DNA from: Haliotis rufescens
Taxonomy: Eukaryota
Assembly: GCF_023055435.1 (NCBI RefSeq)
Contig: NW_025963779.1
Span: 39,122,001-39,186,000, forward strand
Direction of reading: 5' to 3'
DNA length: 64,000 bases
Below, one piece after another: positions 60,202 through 64,000 of the stretch. Positions within the stretch are counted from its first letter, which is position 1, and each line of letters opens with the position of its first letter. Both the position numbers and the translations under genes were made by a program. Below the pieces are notes generated by a model. The model worked only from the letters and a program-made list of their open reading frames with translations. It ran no database searches and was not told the DNA's origin.

Positions 60202-61757
60202 TACTCCTCACAAAAACGTAAGAAACAAGAATGATTTTGAAAATAATGCGTTTATAACACAAGTATAGCAATTTATGTAATGATGTAAGAGCAAAATAAA
60301 TATTATGCGAACAAGTGACCAAACGTGGCAGAAAAATTCACTGTACATAAACTGGGATAGAATCGTCCAAATACCCTTGAAAACATCATGCAAAATGTGC
60401 CTGATGCACGTGCAACGAAACCCAGCACGTGCATTCAAATAGTTTAAATACCGGCAGTGGGGAGAAGTCAATGTCAGTACGATTTGAGACATGGTTAGAC
60501 GCCCTTTCACTGACGTGGCCCGAGTCATGGGAATGGTACAGGGTGGTATGACAGCCGTTATAAATCAGTACAATGTTCATCGTAGCGTCATTTCAAGAGC
60601 GATATCCCGGTATCACCAAACTGGTCTGATGACAGAGATCACGCACCGGCCGTCAGAGGGTGACAACTCCGAGAGAGTACCGCTACCTGGCTACACTCGC
60701 CCGGAGAAGCCGGTTCACCGCAGCAAGTCTCTCCAGAAGTACCTTTAATGAGTGGCCGGGAACAGGGTGTCAACGCAGACAGTTCGGAACAGACTCCATG
60801 CTAAAGGTCAGTGGTCAACGCATACCATTGCCTGAACGCCATCGACAACAAGATGATTTGGTCAAATCAACATCGCAATTGGAGGGTCAACCATTGGCGA
60901 AATGTTAATTTCAAAGACGAGTCCAGATACTACCTAAACTTCAATGATGGTAGTTCACGTGTTTAGAGGAACAACATCGAACGATACGCTAACTGTACCA
61001 TAGCAGAACACAATCGTTTTGGGGGTGGAAGCTTTATGATGAGGGGTGGCATCCAGGGTGGCATCTTGTGGTTATCAGACGGGGTAACGTGACTGGCATA
61101 CGTTAAAGAGATGTTACCATGCCACCTGTCATCGTTCCTCTGGCACAACAAGCTGGTCCTAACTTCATCTTCACGGATGATAGCACCCGTCCTCATCGAG
61201 CAAGAGTCGTTACTGTTGTCCTCCAGGCAAGCAATATTACACACGTGGAGTGGCCAGCGAATTTCCGGAACTCAATCCGATTGAGCATGCTTGGGACATC
61301 CTTGGGACATCCTTGGGAGGCGTGTTTATAGTCGTCATGTTCAGCCCCAGAGTCTAGATCAACTTGAGCAGGCTCAATGTAAAATGACAAAATGTTCCTC
61401 AGCAGCAACTTGATCGTCACATTTGGTCCATGCCAAGACGTGGGCAAACCTGTAGTCGTGCCAACGGTGGGCATACACGTCACTGAATCTTGTATGGCCA
61501 TCTACAGCGACTGGAAGTTGTGAAATCATTAAGGTGGATTATCCGAATCGTGCAGAAAACACATTTTGCACGATTTGTCAAGGGTGTGTGTTTCCACGTT
61601 CTAACTCTGTTATTGTTCAATGAATCTTTCTGTCACTTTTGGTTATTGTGCGCATAGCTTTTATTTTGCTTTTCCATAATTTAATAACTGGACAACTGTG
61701 TTACTAAAAATATTATCCTGAAAATAATTCTTGTTGCTTAACCTTTTGTGAGGAGTA
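60202..61757 (+). mobile_element. Near full-length decayed Tc1-like transposon
   Basis: TIRs TACTCCTCACAAAA / TTTTGTGAGGAGTA in (TA)n; frameshifted transposase (WRNVNFKDESRY, FGGGS, FTDDSTRPHRA, VEWPA). Confidence 0.88.
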
Positions 61758-63139
61758 TATATAGTTTGCCCTGCATTTCATTCTGTACTAATTTTATACC
61801 CACTCGAAACTAGCATGTTGTTATGCATACTATATATTGTTCGTGATATGTGTCGATGATATTATTGTTGACAAAGGAATAGCATTGGTATTTTAGCACA
61901 GTTACAAGTTCGTTGTTTCAGTGAAGCGGCACATATCTACATCACATTCAGTTCTACTGGCTGGCCTTTCTGCACACGGACCATCTCTCTTACCTGTCTG
62001 GGACCACGGCTGGAAAGGCGGTTCCTCGTGAAATCAAATCCCCTTTATACACACGGACTAACATCAGACTGACTATCTCTCTTACCTGCCTACCATGGCT
62101 GAAAAATGTAGTGTTACATGGCCCTGTGGTAGCGAAGAAATATGAGCGGTAATGATGCCTCCTACCGACGAAGGACTCAAGGCTACCCCTTTTTTTTTGT
62201 CTCACGTCATCATGAGCCATCATATTTTTAGTAAATTTAATATGACGAACAGCAATTTGATCAGTTGTTCTGTGGCGAAAGCTGATCCAAAAATTATCGG
62301 ACATAGGCGTGGCTGACGGACGCAACTCCTCACAGCGAACTGCACCCCGTATCCTGAACGGTGCAACTATCTAAAAAAATGCCAACAATTTATATAATTG
62401 AACTGAGTTTATTAAAGCACGTCTAAATAACGACATGGTGCAGTCAATCAGCAAGATGAGGGGCACTTCATCGCTGTTGGGGGCACACGAGTCATTCAGG
62501 TGTTCAAAATATTCACGACACTGTCAAAGTGGAACTCACCCCATGGAGACGGGCGTTGTTTAAAGATGATGGTGTCCAGCATAGGTACAATGTAACAATG
62601 TGGTGACACTGACGCCGTTACGCCTCGTTACACTGACACAGTTAGCTTAGCTTTCATATTCATGACAGTTTCCTTTGCGGTTCAATATAAATAATAAATT
62701 CATCAAGTTTGTTCGTCAGTCATTTTTGCACTCATGAAGACCGAAGCTGACATATAAATGCAATATAAATGCAATTTCTGATCATGAAAAGGCATGTGAT
62801 AGTATATCTAAGTGGTATGTGATGTGTCTTCACGCGTTTGTCAACCTGGAACGGTTACCTATAAGCATGTCAACAACGCAAGAGGTGGTTATATACAAAC
62901 ATTAACTACCATCTACTGAGTGAGTATATGCAGTGACTATAAATGTATACAGTACTGGAGAAAGACAACATCAGTTTCATCGGAAAGCATAAACAATTAC
63001 TACATCGTATCTTACAATTTGGATGAACTTTTAGACATCGGTATGGCCATCAGTGCGTTATTGGGATTATTTTCATGTTTCTTGCGGATTTGTGAAAACG
63101 CGCCTTGAATAAACCAGTATAGAATAGAATCGGTAAGAA

Positions 63140-64000
63140 TGCTACAAGGATGTAGTTGCTATTCTGGGCGCTACAAGGATGTGGTGGCTGCTCTGGATAC
63201 TACAAGGATGTGGTTTCTCCTCTGGACGCTAAACGGATGTGGTTGGTGTTCTGGACGCTACAAGGATGTGGTTGCTGTTGTGGACGCTACAAGGATGTGG
63301 TTGCTGTTCTGGACGCTACAAGGATGTGGTTGCTATACTAGAGACGCTACAGAGATGTGGTTGCTGTTCTGGACGCTACAAGGATGTGTTTTCTCCTCTG
63401 GACGCTTAAACGATGTGCGGTTGCTGTTCTGAACCCTACATCGATGTGGTTGCTGTTCTGGATGCTACAAGGATGTGGTGGCTGCTCTGGGCGCTATAAG
63501 GATGTGGTTGCTGTTCTGGACGCTACAAGGATGTGGTGGCTGTTCTGGACGCTACAAAGATGTGGTGGCTGTTCTGGACGCTACAAGGATGTGGTGGCTG
63601 TTCTGGACGCTACAAGGATGTGGTTGCTGTTCTGGATGCTACAAGGATGTGGTGGCTGCTCTGGGCGCTATAAGGATGTGGTTGCTGTTCTGGATGCTAC
63701 AAGGATGTGGTGGCTGCTCTGGGCGCTACAAGGATGTGGTGGCTGCTCTGGGCGCTACAAGGATGTGGTTGCTGTTCTGGATGCTACAAGGATGTGGTGG
63801 CTGCTCTGGGCGCTATAAGGATGTGGTGGCTGTTCTGGACGCTACAAAGATGTGGTGGCTGTTCTGGACGCTACAAGGATGTGGTGGCTGCTCTGGGCGC
63901 TACAAGGATGTGGTGGCTGCTCTGGGCGCTACAAGGATGTGGTGGCTGCTCTGGACGCTATAAGGATGTGGTGGCTGTTCTGGACGCTACAAGGATGTGG
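63140..64000. repeat. 29-bp minisatellite, runs off window end
   Basis: GGACGCTACAAGGATGTGGT(G/T)GCTG(T/C)TCT. Confidence 0.96.

Overview
Repeat-rich animal genomic DNA, probably a mollusc (inferred from the SINE types and GPCR family), with one assembly gap (N, 20489-20626). It holds two host genes in convergent orientation. The first is a 12-coding-exon CaMKIV-like kinase (+, 20097-44056, 360 aa, reconstructed by hand). It has one GC-AG intron and a perfect CRE just upstream of the ATG. The second is a single-coding-exon rhodopsin-type GPCR (-, 54199-55125). About 30% of the window is tandem repeat (about 12 arrays, 22-65 bp units). Mobile elements include: a very young Gypsy LTR element (intact pol, -1 frameshift signal, gag deleted up to the PBS); two internally deleted DIRS-like elements; two copies of a piggyBac-like non-autonomous family; three decayed Tc1 elements; and several MITEs, SINEs and LINE fragments. 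The most unusual object is a 4.67-kb EnSpm/CACTA-like non-autonomous element inserted in a satellite. It appears to carry its own double-CRE promoter and a spliced, polyadenylated, non-coding transcription unit. Most long ORFs in the track are repeat artefacts.
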